A DNA stretch of 64,000 nucleotides, from NCBI GenBank assembly GCA_030390025.1, contig JASTWF010000327.1, forward strand, positions 62,001-126,000, read 5' to 3'. This document shows positions 49,205 to 62,447 of the stretch, in pieces; position 1 is the stretch's first letter, and each line of letters starts with the position of its first letter. This DNA is from Squalus acanthias. Taxonomy: Eukaryota. The notes under the pieces were generated by a model. It was not told the origin of the DNA, made no database searches, and was given only the letters and a program-made list of their open reading frames with translations. The position numbers were made by a program, and so were the translations under genes.

Positions 49205-52200
49205 CACAGAATCATAGAATGGTTACAGCACGGAAGAAGGCCATTCGGCCCGTCGAGCCCGTGCCAATTCTCAGCCAGTCCCACTCCCCCGCCCTTTCCC
49301 CTGCAAATTTTATTCCTTCAGATATTTATCCAACTCCCTTTTGAAAGATAAGACTGAGTTTGCCATTCCAGATCTTAACCACTCGATGCGTAAAAAAGTT
49401 TTTTCTTACATCACCTTTGGTTCTTTTGCCAATCACCTTAAATCTGTGTCCTCTGGTTCTCGACCCTTCTGCCAATGGGAACAGTTTCTCTCTATCTACT
49501 CTGTCCAGACCCCTCAGGATTTTGAACACCTCTAAGAAATCTCCTCTCAATCTTCTCTGCTCCAAGGAGAACAACCCCAGCTTCTCCAGTCTATCAATGT
49601 AACTGAAGTCCCACATTCCTAGAATCATTCTCGTAAATCTTTTCTGCACCCTCTCTAAGGCCTTCACATCCTTCCTAAAGTGTGGTGCTCAGAATTGGAC
49701 ACAGTACTCCAGTTAGGGTCGAACCAGTGTTTTATACAGGTTCATCATAATTTCCACACTTTTGTACTCTATACCTCTATTTATGAAGCCCAGGATCCCG
49801 TAAGCCTTTTTAACTGTTTTCTCAACCTGCCCTGCCACCTTCAACGATTTGTGCACACATACCCCCAGGTCTCTCTGTGCACCCGCTTTAGGATTGTACC
49901 ATTTAGTTTATATTTCCTCTCCCCATTCTTTCTACCAAAATATATCACTTCACACTTTTCCGCATTAAATTTCATTTACCACGTGTCCGCCCATTTCACC
50001 AGCCTGTCTATGTCTTCCTGAAGTCTATCACTCTCCTCGTCACTGTTCACAATACTTCCAAGTTTTGTGTCATCTGCAAATTTTGAAATTGTGCCCTGTA
50101 CACCCGCATCCAATTAATTAATATATAATCAAGAAAAGCAGTGGTCCTAGAACCGACCCCTGGGGAACACCACTGTGTACCTTCCTCCAGTCCGAAAAAC
50201 AACCGTTCACTACTACTCTCCGTTTTCTGTCACTTAGCCAATTCTGTATCCATGCTGCCACTGTCCCTTTTATTCCATGGGCTTCAACTTTGCTGGCAAG
50301 CCTATTAGGAGGCACTTTGTCAAACGCCTTCTGGAAATCCATGTACACGACATCAACCGCATTACCCTCATCAACCCTCTCTGTTACCTCATCAAAGAAC
50401 TCAGTCAAGTTAGTGAAACACGATTTGTCTTTAACAAATCTGTGCTGGCTTTCCTTAATTAATCCACACCTATCCAAGTGACTGTTAATTTTGTCCCTGA
50501 TGACTGTTTCTAAAAGCTTCCCCACTCCCGAGGTCAAACTGACTGGCCTGTAGTTGCTGGGTTTATCTTTATACCCTTTTTTTGAACAATGGTGTACTCT
50601 TTTGCAATTCTCCAGTCCTCTGGCACCACCCCCGTATCTAAGGAAGATTGGAATATTATGGCCAGTACCTCCGTGATTTCCTCCCTCAATTCCCTCAGCA
50701 TCCTAGGATGCATCCCATCTGCTCCTGGTGATTTATCTACTTTAAGTACAGCCAGCCTTTCTAATACCTCTTTATTAATTTTTATCCCATCCAGTATCTC
50801 CTCTACATCCTCCTTCACTATGTCTATGGCAGCATCCTCTTCCTTGGTGAAGACAGATGCAAAGTACTCATTTAGTGCCTCAGCCATGCCCTCTGCCTCC
50901 ATGCGTAGGTCTCCTTTTTGGGCCCTAATTGGCCCCACCCCTCCTCTTACTACCCTTTTACTATTTAAATGACTATAGAAGACTTTTGGATGACCTTTTA
51001 TAGTGGCTGCCATTCTATTCTCATACCCTCGCTTTGCCCCTCTTATTTTCTTTTTCACTTCTCCTCTGACCTTTTTATATATAACCTGATTCTCAGTTTT
51101 ATTTGCAACCGGACATCTGTCATACGCACTCTTTTTCTGCTTCATCATATTCTCTAACTCTTTCGTCATCCAGGGAGCCCTGCCTTTCCCCCTAGTGGGA
51201 ATGTACCTCAACTTTACCTGAACTATTTCCTCTTTAAAGGCAGCCCATTGTTCCATTACAGTTTTGCCTGCCAATCTTTGATTCCAGTTTACCCGGGCCA
51301 GATCCATTCTCATCCCACTGAAATTGGCCTTCCCCCAGTTAAACATTTTTACTCTAGATTGCTCCCTGTCCTTTTCCATAGCTAATCTAAACCTTATGAT
51401 ACTGTGATCACTGTTCCCTAAATGTTCACCTACTGACACTTGCTCCACTTGACCTACCTCATTCCCCAGATCCAGCAATGCCTCCTCCCTCGTCGGGCCG
51501 GAAACATACTGATCAAGAAAGTTCTCCTGAACACACTTCAGAAATTCTTCCCCTCTCTGCCCTTAACACTATTACGATCCCAGTCTATATTAGGATAGTT
51601 GAAGTCCCCCATTATTACTACTCTATAGTTCTTGCACCTCTCTGTAATTTCTCTGCAAATTTGCTCCTCCATATCTTTCCCACTATTTGGTGGTCTATAG
51701 AATACACCTAGTAGTGTAATGGCACCTCTATTATTTCTTAACTCTAGCCATATAGATTCTGTCCTTGACCCCTCCAGGACATCCTCCCTCTCCAGCACTG
51801 TAACATTCTCCTTGACCAATACTGCCACACCACCTCCGACCTTTCCTTCCCTATCTTTCCTGAACACTCTATAACCAGGAATATTTAATACCCAATCCTG
51901 CCCTTTTTTGAGCCAGGTCTCAGTTATTGCCACACCATCATATTCCCATGTGGCTATTTGTGCCTGCAGCTCACTTACCTTGTTTACTACGCTTCGTGCG
52001 TTCACATACAGACACTGTAAACCCATCTTAGACCATCCTGTATTCTCTCTTAGTTTGACCCCACCTAATACCTTACTATCTCTTACTTTAGTGCTCTCTG
52101 CCTCTCCCAATCCTGTGAGCACTTTATTTCCCCTTTCTAATGTTTCATCCTGGTGCCCATCCTCCTGCCAAATTAGTTTAAACCCTCCCCAACAGCACGA

Positions 52201-52545
52201 GCAAACCTCCCCGTGAGGATATTGGTTCCGGCCCTGTTGAGTTGCAAGCCTTCGGGCCTGTACAGGTCCCACCTCCCCCAGAACCAGTCCCAATGCCTCA
52301 GGAATCTAAAGCCCTCCCTCCTGCACCTTCTCTCCAGCCACACATTCATCTGCTCTGTCCTCCTATTTCTATACTCACGAGCGCGTGGCACCGGGAGTAA
52401 TCCGGAGATTACTACCTTTGAGATCCTGCTTTTTAATCTCTCCTAGCGCCCTAAAATCTGCCTGCATGACCTCATCCCTCTTTCTACCTATGTCGTTGGT
52501 ACCGATATGGACCACGACCTCTGGCTGTTCACCCTCGCCCCTCAG
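49205..52545 (-). mobile_element. Near full-length degraded CR1 LINE
   Basis: VVHIGTNDIG esterase, NARS, ETWL, GDFN, SDH and RT motifs. Confidence 0.9.
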
Positions 52546-52579
52546 ATTATTCAGTGCCCGGGGAGGCTGTAGGGCTTTA

Positions 52580-53020
52580 AAAGAAAAAGAAAGACTTGCA
52601 TTTATATAGCGCCTTTCACGACCACCGGACGTCTCAAAGCGCTTTACAGCCAATGAAGTACTTTAGAAATGGAGTCACTGTTGTAATGTGGGAAACGCGG
52701 CAGCCAATTTGCGCACAGCAAGGTCCCACAAACAGCAACATGCTAATCACCAGATAATCTGTTTTTGTTATGTTGGTTGAGGGATAAATATTGGCCAGGA
52801 CACCGGGGATAACTCCCCTACTCTTCTTTGAAATAGTGCCATGGGATCTTTTACGTCCACCCGAGAGAGCAGACGGGGCCTCGGTTTAACGTCTCCGCCG
52901 AAAGACGGCACTTCTGACAGTGCAGCACTCCCTCAGCACTGCACTGGAGTGTCAGCCTAGCTTTATGTGCTCAAGTCCCTGGAGTGGGACTTGAACTCAC
53001 AACCTTCTGACTCAGAGGTG
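52580..53020 (-). mobile_element. tRNA-derived SINE (DeuSINE-like)
   Basis: Minus-strand B-box-like gagttcaagtccca head, a cagtgcagtgctgagggagtgctgcactgtc core, and a tail aaggcgctatataaatgcaagtc shared with 46200-46340 and 39000-39050. Confidence 0.65.
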
Positions 53021-53139
53021 ACTTATTCCCCTTATTGGACACAAGGCTCTTTGTTTCACAACGCACTGTATCAGATTTTAAAGATGTTTCAATCACCAGA
53101 AAAAGATGAAGTACAACATTAAATAAACCTGGAATGAAA

Positions 53140-53412
53140 AGTTTGTATCAGTAATGGTGACCATGAAACTATCGGATTGTCGTAAAAACCCATCTGGTTC
53201 ACTAATGTCCTTTAGGGAAGGAAATCTGCCGTCCTTACCTGGTCCGGCCTATCGGTGACTCCAGACCCACAGCAATGTGGTTGACTCTTAACTGCCCTCT
53301 GAAATGGCCCAGCGAGTCACTCAGTTGTATTCAGAAGGCGGCTCACCACCACCTTCGAGGGCAATAAATACTGGCCTTGTTGGCGATGCCCACATCCTGT
53401 GAATGAATAAAA
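53140..53412 (+). mobile_element. SINE with CR1-type 3' tail
   Basis: The tail gggcaataaa..gcccacatcc.gtgaa is shared with the LINE end at 38870-38925. Confidence 0.55.
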
Positions 53413-53431
53413 ACACACAGTGGTCAGCTTA

Positions 53432-53825
53432 AGAACATAAGAATTAGGAGCAGGAGTGGGCCATACGGCCCCTCGAGCCTGCTCCACCATTCAATAAGAT
53501 CATGGCTGATCTTCAACCTCAACTCCACTTTCCTGCCCGATCCCCATATCCCTTGATTCCCCTAGAGTCCAAAAATCTATCTCAGCCTTGAATATACTCA
53601 ACGACTGAGCATCCACAGCCCTTTGGGGCAGAGAATTCCAAAGAATCACAACCCTCTGAGTGAAGAAATTCCTCCTCATCTGTCTTATATGGCCAACCCC
53701 TTATCCTGAGACTATGCCCCCTAGTTCTGGATTCTCCAGCCAGGAGAAACAACCTCTCAGCATCGACCCTGTCAATCCCACTCAGAGTCTTATATGTTTC
53801 AATGAGATCACCTCTCATTCTTCCA
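53432..53825 (-). mobile_element. CR1 3' fragment
   Basis: RMRGDLIETYK...ESRTRGHSLRI. Confidence 0.85.
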
Positions 53826-53826
53826 A

Positions 53827-55300
53827 GTCCCATCAAACAAGCCCAGGGCAGGTACAGCACGAGTTAGATACAGAGTAAAGCTCCCTCTACACTGTCCCAT
53901 CAAACACTCCCAGAACAGGTACAGCACGGGTTAGATACAGAGTAAAGCTCCCTCTACACTGTCCCATCAAACAATCCCAGGGCAGGTACAGCACGGGTTA
54001 GATACAGAGTAAAGCTCCCTCTACACTGTCCCATCACACACTCCCAGGGCAGGTACAGCACGGGTTAGATACACGGTAAAGCTCCCTCTACACTGTCCCA
54101 TCAAACACTCCCAGGGCAGGTACAGCACAGGTTAGATACAGAGTAAAGCTCCCTCTACACTGTCCCATCACACACTCCCAGGGCAGGTACAGCACGGGTT
54201 AGATACAGAGTAAAGCTCCCTCTACACTGTCCCATCAAACACTCCCAGGGCAGGTACAGCACGGGTTAGATACAGAGTAAAGCTCCCTCTACACTGTCCC
54301 ATCAAACAATCCCAGGGCAGGTACAGCACGGGTTAGATACAGAGTAAAGCTCCCTCTACACTGTCCCATCACACACTCCCAGGGCAGGTACAGCACGGGT
54401 TAGATACACGGTAAAGCTCCCTCTACACTGTCCCATCAAACACTCCCAGGGCAGGTACAGCACAGGTTAGATACAGAGTAAAGCTCCCTCTACACTGTCC
54501 CATCACACACTCCCAGGGCAGGTACAGCACGGGTTAGATACACGGTAAAGCTCCCTCTACACTGTCCCATCAAACACTCACAGGGCAGGTACAGCACGGG
54601 TTAGATACACGGTAAAGCTCCCTCTACACTGTCCCATCAAACACTCCAAGGCAGGTACAGCACAGGTTAGATACAGAGTAAAGCTCCCTCTACACTGTCC
54701 CATCACACACTCCCAGGGCAGGTACAGCACAGGTTCGATACAGAGTAAAGCTCCCTCTACATTGTCCCATCAAACATTCCCAGGGCAGGTACATCACGGG
54801 TTAGATACAGAGTAAAGCTCCCTCTACATTGTCGCATCAAACACGCCCAGGGCAGGGACAGCACGGGTTAGATACAGAGTAAAGCTCCCTCTACACTGTC
54901 CAATCAAACACTCCCAATGCAGTGTAGAGGGAGGTACAGCACGGGTTAGATACAGAGTAAAGCTCCCTCTACATTGTCCCATCAAACACTCCCAGGGCAG
55001 GTACAGTACAGGTTAGATACAGAGTAAAGCTCCCTCTACACTGTCCCATCAAACACTCCCAGGGCAGGTACAGTACGGGTTAGATACAGAGTAAAGCTCC
55101 CTCTACACTGTCCAATCAAACACTCCCAATGCAGTGTAGAGGGAGGTACAGCACGGGTAAGATACAGAGTAAAGCTCCCTCTACATTGTCCCATCAAACA
55201 CTCCCAGGGCAGGTACAGTACAGGTTAGATACAGAGTAAAGCTCCCTCTACACTGTCCCATCAAACACTCCCAGGGCAGGTACAGTACGGGTTAAATACA
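53827..55300 (-). repeat. 67-bp tandem array (about 21 copies), joined to a short 46-bp array (55300-55410)
   Basis: Reverse complement of the 4668-5846 unit. Confidence 0.95.
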
Positions 55301-55419
55301 GTCACTGACACCAATCTCCTCCTGTCTGATATAAACCAGCCCCACAGTCACTGACACCAATCTCCTCCTGTCTGATATAAACCAACCCCACAGTCACTGA
55401 CACCAATCTTCTCCTAATA

Positions 55420-56604
55420 TGAACATAAGAAATAGGAGCAGGAATAGGCCACTTGGCCCCTCGAGCCTGCTCCGCCATTCAATAAGATCATGGCTGATCT
55501 TGGGCTCAAAGCCACTTCCCCGCCTTCTCCCCATAACCCTTCACTCCCTTATCTTGCAAAAATCTGTCTATCTCCACCTTAAATGTATTTAATGACCCAG
55601 CCTCCACAGCTCTCTGGGGCAGAGAATTCCACAGATTTACGATCCTCTGAGAGAAGAAATTCCTCCTCATCTCAGTTCTAAAAGGGCGACCCCTTATTCT
55701 GAAACTGTGCCCCCGCGTTCTAGATTTCCCCACGAGGGGAAACATCCTCTCTGCATCTACCCTGTCGAGCCCCCTCAGTATCTTATATGTTTCAATAAGA
55801 TCACCTCTCATTCTTCTAAATTCCAATGAGTATAGGCCCAACCTGCTCAACCTTTCTTCATAAGTCAACCCCCTCATCTCAGGAATCAACCTAGTGAACC
55901 TTCTCTGATCTGCCTCCATGCAAGTATATCCTTCCTTAAATAAGGAGACCAAAACTGTACGCAGTGCTCAAGGTGTGGTCTCACCAATACCTTGCACAGT
56001 TGTAGCAGGACTTCCCTGCTTTTATACTCCAACCCCCTTGAAATAAAGGCCAACATTCCATTTGCCTTTTTGATTACTTGCTGTACCTGCAGGCTAACTT
56101 TTTGTGTTTCATGCACAAGGACCCCCAGGTCCCTCTGAACTGTAGCATTTTGTAATCTCTCTTGATTTAAATAATAATTTGCTTTTTTATTTTTCCTGCC
56201 AAAGTGGATAACCTCGCACTTTCCCACATTATACTCCATCTGCCAAATGTTTGCCCACTCACTTAGCCTGTCTATATCCCTTTGCAGGTTCTTTGAATCC
56301 TCTGCACAACTTGCTTTCCCACCCATCTTTGTATCATCCGCAAACTTGGCTACATTACACTCGGTCCCTTCATCTATGTCATTAATGCAGATTGTAAATA
56401 GTTGAGGCCACAGCACCGATCCCTGTGGCACCCCACTAGTTACCGTTTGCCAACCGGAAAATGACCCATTTATCCCGACTCTCTGCTTTCTGTTAGTTAG
56501 CCAATTCTCTATCCATGCTAATATATTACCCTCAATTCCGTGAGGTCTTATCTTATGCAGTAACCTTTTATGTGGCACCTTATCGAATGCCTTCTGGAAA
56601 TCCA
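55420..56604 (-). mobile_element. CR1 RT to 3' end fragment
   Basis: DFQKAFD, GVPQGS and FADD. Confidence 0.9.
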
Positions 56605-57179
56605 GCTCCTGTCTGATATAAACTGATCCCACAGGCCCAGAACGATTAAACTCAGCCCATTACTTGGATTGGACTTGTCTCCATTCCTGTGCCGAGGGGA
56701 TTGCTGTACCAGACGGGAGGAGCAACATTTGGGGACTCTCGATTCTCCACCAATTCCCATTCCCCTTCTTTCTGGTGGATAATGGAGGTGCCACTGTGTG
56801 TAATGTGCAAGTCAGTAAGAATTGTCCGCGAGGATTAATCAACACTTTCTAATTGGAGATGTTAATCAGTGGAACTTTTCAGACAATAAATTGTAGATTT
56901 TGTACCAAAGGTCAATTTAGGGTTAAAGTAAAATTCATAATTTTGTCAAATAATTTCTTATGAAAGTCCTGAATTAAGGGGAAATGTCACAGACAGCAGT
57001 TCTTAAAGGGACACTGCAGCCCCAACAAGTCAATCAGCTTTCTAGCCAGAATATTAACCCTTTAACTGGGCTGGGGTTTATTAACATCAGCAGAAACAAA
57101 CCCCAACTGTCAGAATGAACATGGTTCAGTCCTGGATGTGATTAACAGCAGCAATAACAGCAGAATCCAACCCCTGCAG

Positions 57180-57360
57180 TCACTTGTGAATTCGCTGGTG
57201 TCTCAGCAGGCTGTACGATCGAGAGAAACCCTTCCCACACACGGAGCAGGTGAACGATCTCCCCCCAGTGTGAATTCGTTGGTGTGTCAGCAGGGTGGAT
57301 GAACAAGTGAATCCCTTCCCACACACGGAGCAGGTGAACAGCCTCTCCCCGGTGTGAACT
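57180..57360 (-). pseudogene. Truncated ZNF cassette (last 2 fingers plus conserved 3' flank to 56605)
   Basis: Two fingers ending HK-TGA. The 5' part is replaced by a LINE fragment. Confidence 0.8.
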
Positions 57361-58112
57361 CTCAGTGATGGTAATGCCGTTGAATGTCAAGGGTCAGTGG
57401 TTAGACTCTCTCTTGTTGGAGATAGTCAATGCCTGGCACTTGTTTGGCGCGAATGTTACTTGCCACTTATCAGCTCAAGCCTGAATGTCATCCAAGTCTT
57501 GCTGCATGCGGGCACAGACTATTTCATTAACTGAGGAGTTGTGAATGGAATTGATCACTGTGCAATCATCAGTGAACATCCCCACTTCTGACCTTATGGT
57601 AAGGGAAGGACATTGGTGAAACAGCTGAAGATGGTTAAGCCTAGGACACTGCCTTGAGGCACTCCTGCAGCGATGTCCTGGGGCTGAGATGATTGACCTT
57701 CAACAAACACAACTATCTTCCTTTGTGCTAGGTATGACTCCAGCCAGTGGAGCGTTTCCCCCCTGATACCCATTGGCTTCATTTTTACTCGGGCTCCTTG
57801 ATGCCACACTCGGTCAAATGCTGCCTTGATGTCAAGAGCAATCACTCTCACCTCACCTCTGGAATTCAGCTCTTCTGTCCATGTTTGGATCAAGTCTGTA
57901 ATGAGGTCTGGAGCCGAGTGGTCGTGGTGGAACCCAAACTGAACATTGGTGAGCAGGTTATTGGTGAGTAATTGCCGCTTGACAGCACTGTCGATGACAC
58001 CTTCCATCACTTTGCTGATGATTGAGAGTAGACTGATGGGGCAGTAATTGGCCGGATTGGATTTGTCCTGCTTTTTGTGGAAAGGACATACCTGGGAAAT
58101 TTTCCACATTGT
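57361..58112 (-). mobile_element. CR1-group LINE RT fragment
   Basis: NY.PISLLS, QFGF, LDIKAAFDRVWH and GVPQGSVLG. Confidence 0.85.
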
Positions 58113-58307
58113 CTAAAGTCTCCTCCTTTGTCTCGGTGTCAATGTTTGACTGATTCCGCTCTTGTGAAGCACCTTGGAAGGTTTTACTTCGTTATAGGCG
58201 CTATGTAAATGTAAGTTGTTGTTGCTGTGCTACCATTGGCCTCAGCTTTTCCAGACAGAATCAGCCAGGGCCGGCGGCTGTGCTGCTCCCCATGGTCGAA
58301 ATGCTGG

Positions 58308-58582
58308 CAGCACCTTCAGTATAGGATCGCAGCTCAGAATTAGCAATGTACTGGAGGGCAAACAGTGACTGGGCCCGAACCCCACCATCACACAGCACCT
58401 TCAGTATAGGCTCACAGCTCAGAATTAGCAATGTACTGGAGGGCAGACAGTGACTGGGGCCGAACCCCACCATCACACAGCACCTTCAGTATAGGCTCAC
58501 AGCTCAGAATTACCACTTGGCGAGGTACTGGAGGGCAGACAGTGACTGGGGCCGAACCCCACCATCACACAGCAGCTTCAGG
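58308..58582 (+). repeat. About 85-bp tandem repeat (3 copies)
   Basis: Unit cagcaccttcagtataggctcacagctcagaattagcaatgtactggagggcagacagtgactggggccgaaccccaccatcaca. Confidence 0.85.
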
Positions 58583-58749
58583 AGTGAATTGGAGAAAAGT
58601 CCGAGCCTGCGATAAATGGGGATTTCAAACAGCGAGGATGAGGCGATGAGAGAGTGTGTGGGACGAGGGTTTGATAGCTCAGGAGGGACAAGAGAGGAAA
58701 GAATGTTCCAGGGAAACGAGTACTGTCTGTTGAGAATTTCTACCCTGTA

Positions 58750-59205
58750 CGTAACTCGATGTAAAGTTATGAGGACAGGTTGCACAGACTAGGCTTGTAT
58801 TCCCTTGAATATTGAAGATTAAGGGGTGATCTGATTGAGGTGTTTAAGATGATTAAAGGAGTTGATGGGGTAGATCGAGAGAAACGATTTCCTCTGATGG
58901 GAGAGTCCACAACAAGGGGACAGAACCTTCCAATCAGAGCTCGGCCATTCAGGGGTGATTTTCAGGAAGCACATCTTCACACAAAGGGTATTGGAAATCT
59001 GCAACTCTCTCCCCCAAAAAACTGTCGAGGCTGAGGGGCAATTGAAAATTTCAAAACTGAGTGTGCGAGATTTTTGTTAAGCAAGAGTACTAAAGGTTAC
59101 AGAACCAAGGCGGGTAAATGGAGTTAAGATACAGACCAGCCCTGATCTAATTGAATGGTGGAACAGGCCTGAGGGGCTGAATGGCCTACTCCTGTTCCTA
59201 TGTTG
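58750..59205 (+). mobile_element. CR1 3' fragment in ZNF intron
   Basis: LRGDLIEVFKMIKG.D.VD and a CR1 3' UTR. Confidence 0.8.
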
Positions 59206-59607
59206 CTACCTACAGTGATGACATTTGTAAACTCCTTTTACAGGGTGTTAGAAGGGGAGGATATTCAGACAGGAAACTCAAACCAAACATCACGTCAAGA
59301 TCTGACAGAGTCACTCGATTCATCAGGACCTGAATATCATCGGCCTTTGAATGTGGAAGGAGAAATGTTTGTCTGTTCTGTCTGTGGGAAAAGATTTCAA
59401 ACATCAGTGTGACTGGAAAAGCACCGAGACACACACACCCGAGTGAGAGTGTTCCAGTGCACTGACTGTGGAAAGAGCTTTAACCAGTTACACAGCCTGA
59501 AAAAACATCGCACCATTCACAGCGGGGAGAAACCGTACACGTGTTCTGTGTGTGGTCGAGGCTTCAACTGATCATCCAACCTGGAGAGACACAAGGACAC
59601 CCACACC

Positions 59608-60114
59608 ATGGAGAAACCGTGGAAATGTGGGGACTGTGGGAAGGGATTCCATTACCCATCCAAGCTGGAAATCCATCGGCGCAGTCACACTGGGGAGAGG
59701 CCGTTCACCTGCTCCGTGTGTGGGAAAGGATTCACTGTGTCATCCCACCTGCTGGCACACCAGCGAGTTCACACTGGGGAGAGGCCGTTCACCTGCTCCG
59801 AGTGTGGGAAGGGATTCACTCAGTCATCCAACCTGCTGACACACCAGCGAGTTCACACTGATAAGAAACCTTTTAAATGTTCTAAGTGTGAGCTGAGCTT
59901 TAAAAGCACAAATGGTCTGCTGTGTCACCAACGCACTCACACCGGGGAGAGGCCATTCCCCTGCTCTATGTGTGGGAAGGGATTCCCTCTGTCATCCCAC
60001 CTGGTGAAACACCAGCGAGTTCACACTGGGGAGAGACCGTTCACCTGCTCCATGTGTGGGAAGGGATTCACTCAGTCATCCAACCTGCTGAAACACCAGC
60101 GAGTTCACAAGTGA
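59608..60114 (+). CDS. C2H2 zinc-finger protein, 6 fingers, no effector domain (ZNF-F)
   Basis: Intact 168-aa ORF (6 x 28) with a Kozak accATGG start. Confidence 0.85.
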   Translation: MEKPWKCGDCGKGFHYPSKLEIHRRSHTGERPFTCSVCGKGFTVSSHLLAHQRVHTGERPFTCSECGKGFTQSSNLLTHQRVHTDKKPFKCSKCELSFKSTNGLLCHQRTHTGERPFPCSMCGKGFPLSSHLVKHQRVHTGERPFTCSMCGKGFTQSSNLLKHQRVHK

Positions 60115-61729
60115 CTGCAGGGGTTGGATTCTGCTGTTATTGCTGCTGTTAATCACATCCAGGACTGAACCATGTTAATTGTGAAAGTTGGGGTTTGTTT
60201 CTGCTGATGTTAATAACTCCTGTAACTGGGCTGGAGTTTAATATTCTGGATAGATGTCAAATAAATCAGCTTTGTTTTAAACACATTGTTGCAGATGTTT
60301 GTCTTTCCCACCTGAGTGTTTAGCATCACCTGGCTGGAGCTCAGAAAGGACAATCTGGGGGAGGATCGTACGGCGGGAACAGAACTTCAGCCTGGACACA
60401 GTCCTTCAGGGCCACACTGAGAGGGGCAAACGGCACTTTGGTCTTTCTCGTCTCTCTTCACTGACAGCAAAGTCCCCGTGCGGGTTAATCTCGAGGCGTG
60501 TGAGAAATGTGTCCCAGCCGCTCTCTTCCATGGTTCAGAGCTCCTGGGCACGGAACAGAAGGCTCCTTTACAACTGTGTTTAGAGTCAGGAAGAACAATG
60601 GTGAATGCTGGAAACGTGCTGTCAAATCAGAGATTGGTGTCAAACTGCGATCTGTTCCTGACTGAAAGTGAAACAGGTTTAAGTTTCCAGTCTAAAAATG
60701 ACTGGTAATTATTCCACGAAGATTTAACGTGTTTGTGTGACAGTCCTGAGTCTACCATTTTAAGGCAGGCGTTAACCCATTTAAAATAAACCCATTTAAA
60801 ATAAATAGTTTAAAGTCAGCATTAAAATAGCAGAGGGAGGCGTTCACAGGAGCCTGTTAACTGCTGGTACAATTATACAACAGACATTTGATCTCCAGAT
60901 AAAGAAGGACCTGCAGCGTGTTTCCAGGAATTCCCTGTTTTATTGATGTGTGTGTGTTAGACACCAGGATAACTAAAAATACACGACCCGGAACATCCAC
61001 GGGGGTGCGATCCCGACAGTTACTCTGGGATCACTCCCGCTGCGGAACTCCACCACTGACCCTGCTGAAAGTTGTAGGCTCAGGGAGTGGGGCCTCCAGG
61101 AGTGGACGGTAAGAAGATCAGATTTAATATGAAATAGTAATCATAAAAGTAAAGTCTTGCTTTGTTTTGTTTACATGTTTGTTTAATATTGTGGACTTTG
61201 TATTAAAGACCCGTGTCTAGTGAACTATTAGCTTGTAATCACCTCAGACAGAACAGGCTCTAATTATCCCTTTTAGGATGAAATAAACTGGATGCAATTT
61301 AATTATAATTTGGAGTTGATTGTTTGTGCCCCTTTAAAAAGGGGGCTCTCTGGGTAATGTGACATCGATTGATGACAATGTTATTCTAATTGGCCTTTTA
61401 AAAGAGTCAAACATCCTTTCGTGCCTCCCAGGCTTGGCAATTATCAAAGTCTGAGTTCATGGATACAGCTCGTTAGATTGTGAGTCTTGCTATATAACTA
61501 TAATATTGTAAGAATATTACAATAAATATTCCTTTGCAGAATATACCATATGAATATTTTGCACTTATTTAGTATAGGAGTTGTATTATTGTAGAATCTA
61601 CATATTCCAAATAAATCCTGTGCTCAGGGGGATTAAGGTGTGTGGAGTGTTTCATTGGAGATCTCGAACTCAACTAGGAACAGCGTAAAAGCTCATGAGG
61701 ATTGTAAACAACTTCAGTCTGATATACAC

Positions 61730-62368
61730 TGGAGATTGGTGTCAGTGACTGGGACTGGTTTATATCAGACAGGAGGAGATTGGTGTCAGTGACTGGGGAT
61801 AGTTTATATCAGACAGGAGGAGATTGGGGTCAGTGACTGTGGGGGATAGACAGGAGGAGATTGGTGTCACTGACTGTGGGGTTGGTTTATATCAGACAGG
61901 AGGAGATTGGTGTCAGTGACTGTGGGGTTGGTTTATATCAGACAGGAGGAGATTGGTGTCAGTGACTGTGGGGTTGGTTTATATCAGACAGGAGGAGATT
62001 GGTGTCAGTGACTGTGGGGCTGGTTTATATCAGACAGGAGGAGATTGGTGTCAGTGACTGTGGGGCTGGTTTATATCAGACAGGAGGAGATTGGTGTCAG
62101 TGACTGTGGGGTTGGTTTATATCAGACAGGAGGAGATTGGTGTCAGTGACTGTGGGGTTGGTTTATATCAGACGGGAGGAGATTGGTGTCAGTGACTGTG
62201 GGGTTGGTTTATATCAGACAGGAGGAGATTGGTGTCAGTGACTGTGGGGTTGGTTTATATCAGACAGGAGGAGATTGGTGTCAGTGACTGTGGGGTTGGT
62301 TTATATCAGACAGGAGGAGATTGGTGTCAGTGACTGTGGGATTGGTTTATAGCAGACAGGAGATTTGT
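61730..62368 (+). repeat. 46-bp minisatellite (about 13 copies)
   Basis: Same unit as 16568-17012. Confidence 0.95.
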
Positions 62369-62447
62369 GTAAATGCAGTGATGTCTCTTGCAAGGTTTTG
62401 CTCTGATTGTCGGTAATGGGATCTCCTGTGTAAATAATTACAGAATC

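Noticed and set aside
59200..59412. KRAB or other effector domain in the pre-finger linker
   Set aside because: VLEGEDIQTGNSNQ.. is a low-complexity spacer with no recognisable domain motif, and it is separated from the array by stops.
59365..60300. Selenocysteine recoding of the conserved in-frame UGAs
   Set aside because: The UGAs fall at helix positions 3 and -1, not at Cys positions. Older paralogs have CAA at one site. I could not see an AUGA..AA..GA SECIS in the conserved tail (SECISearch not run).
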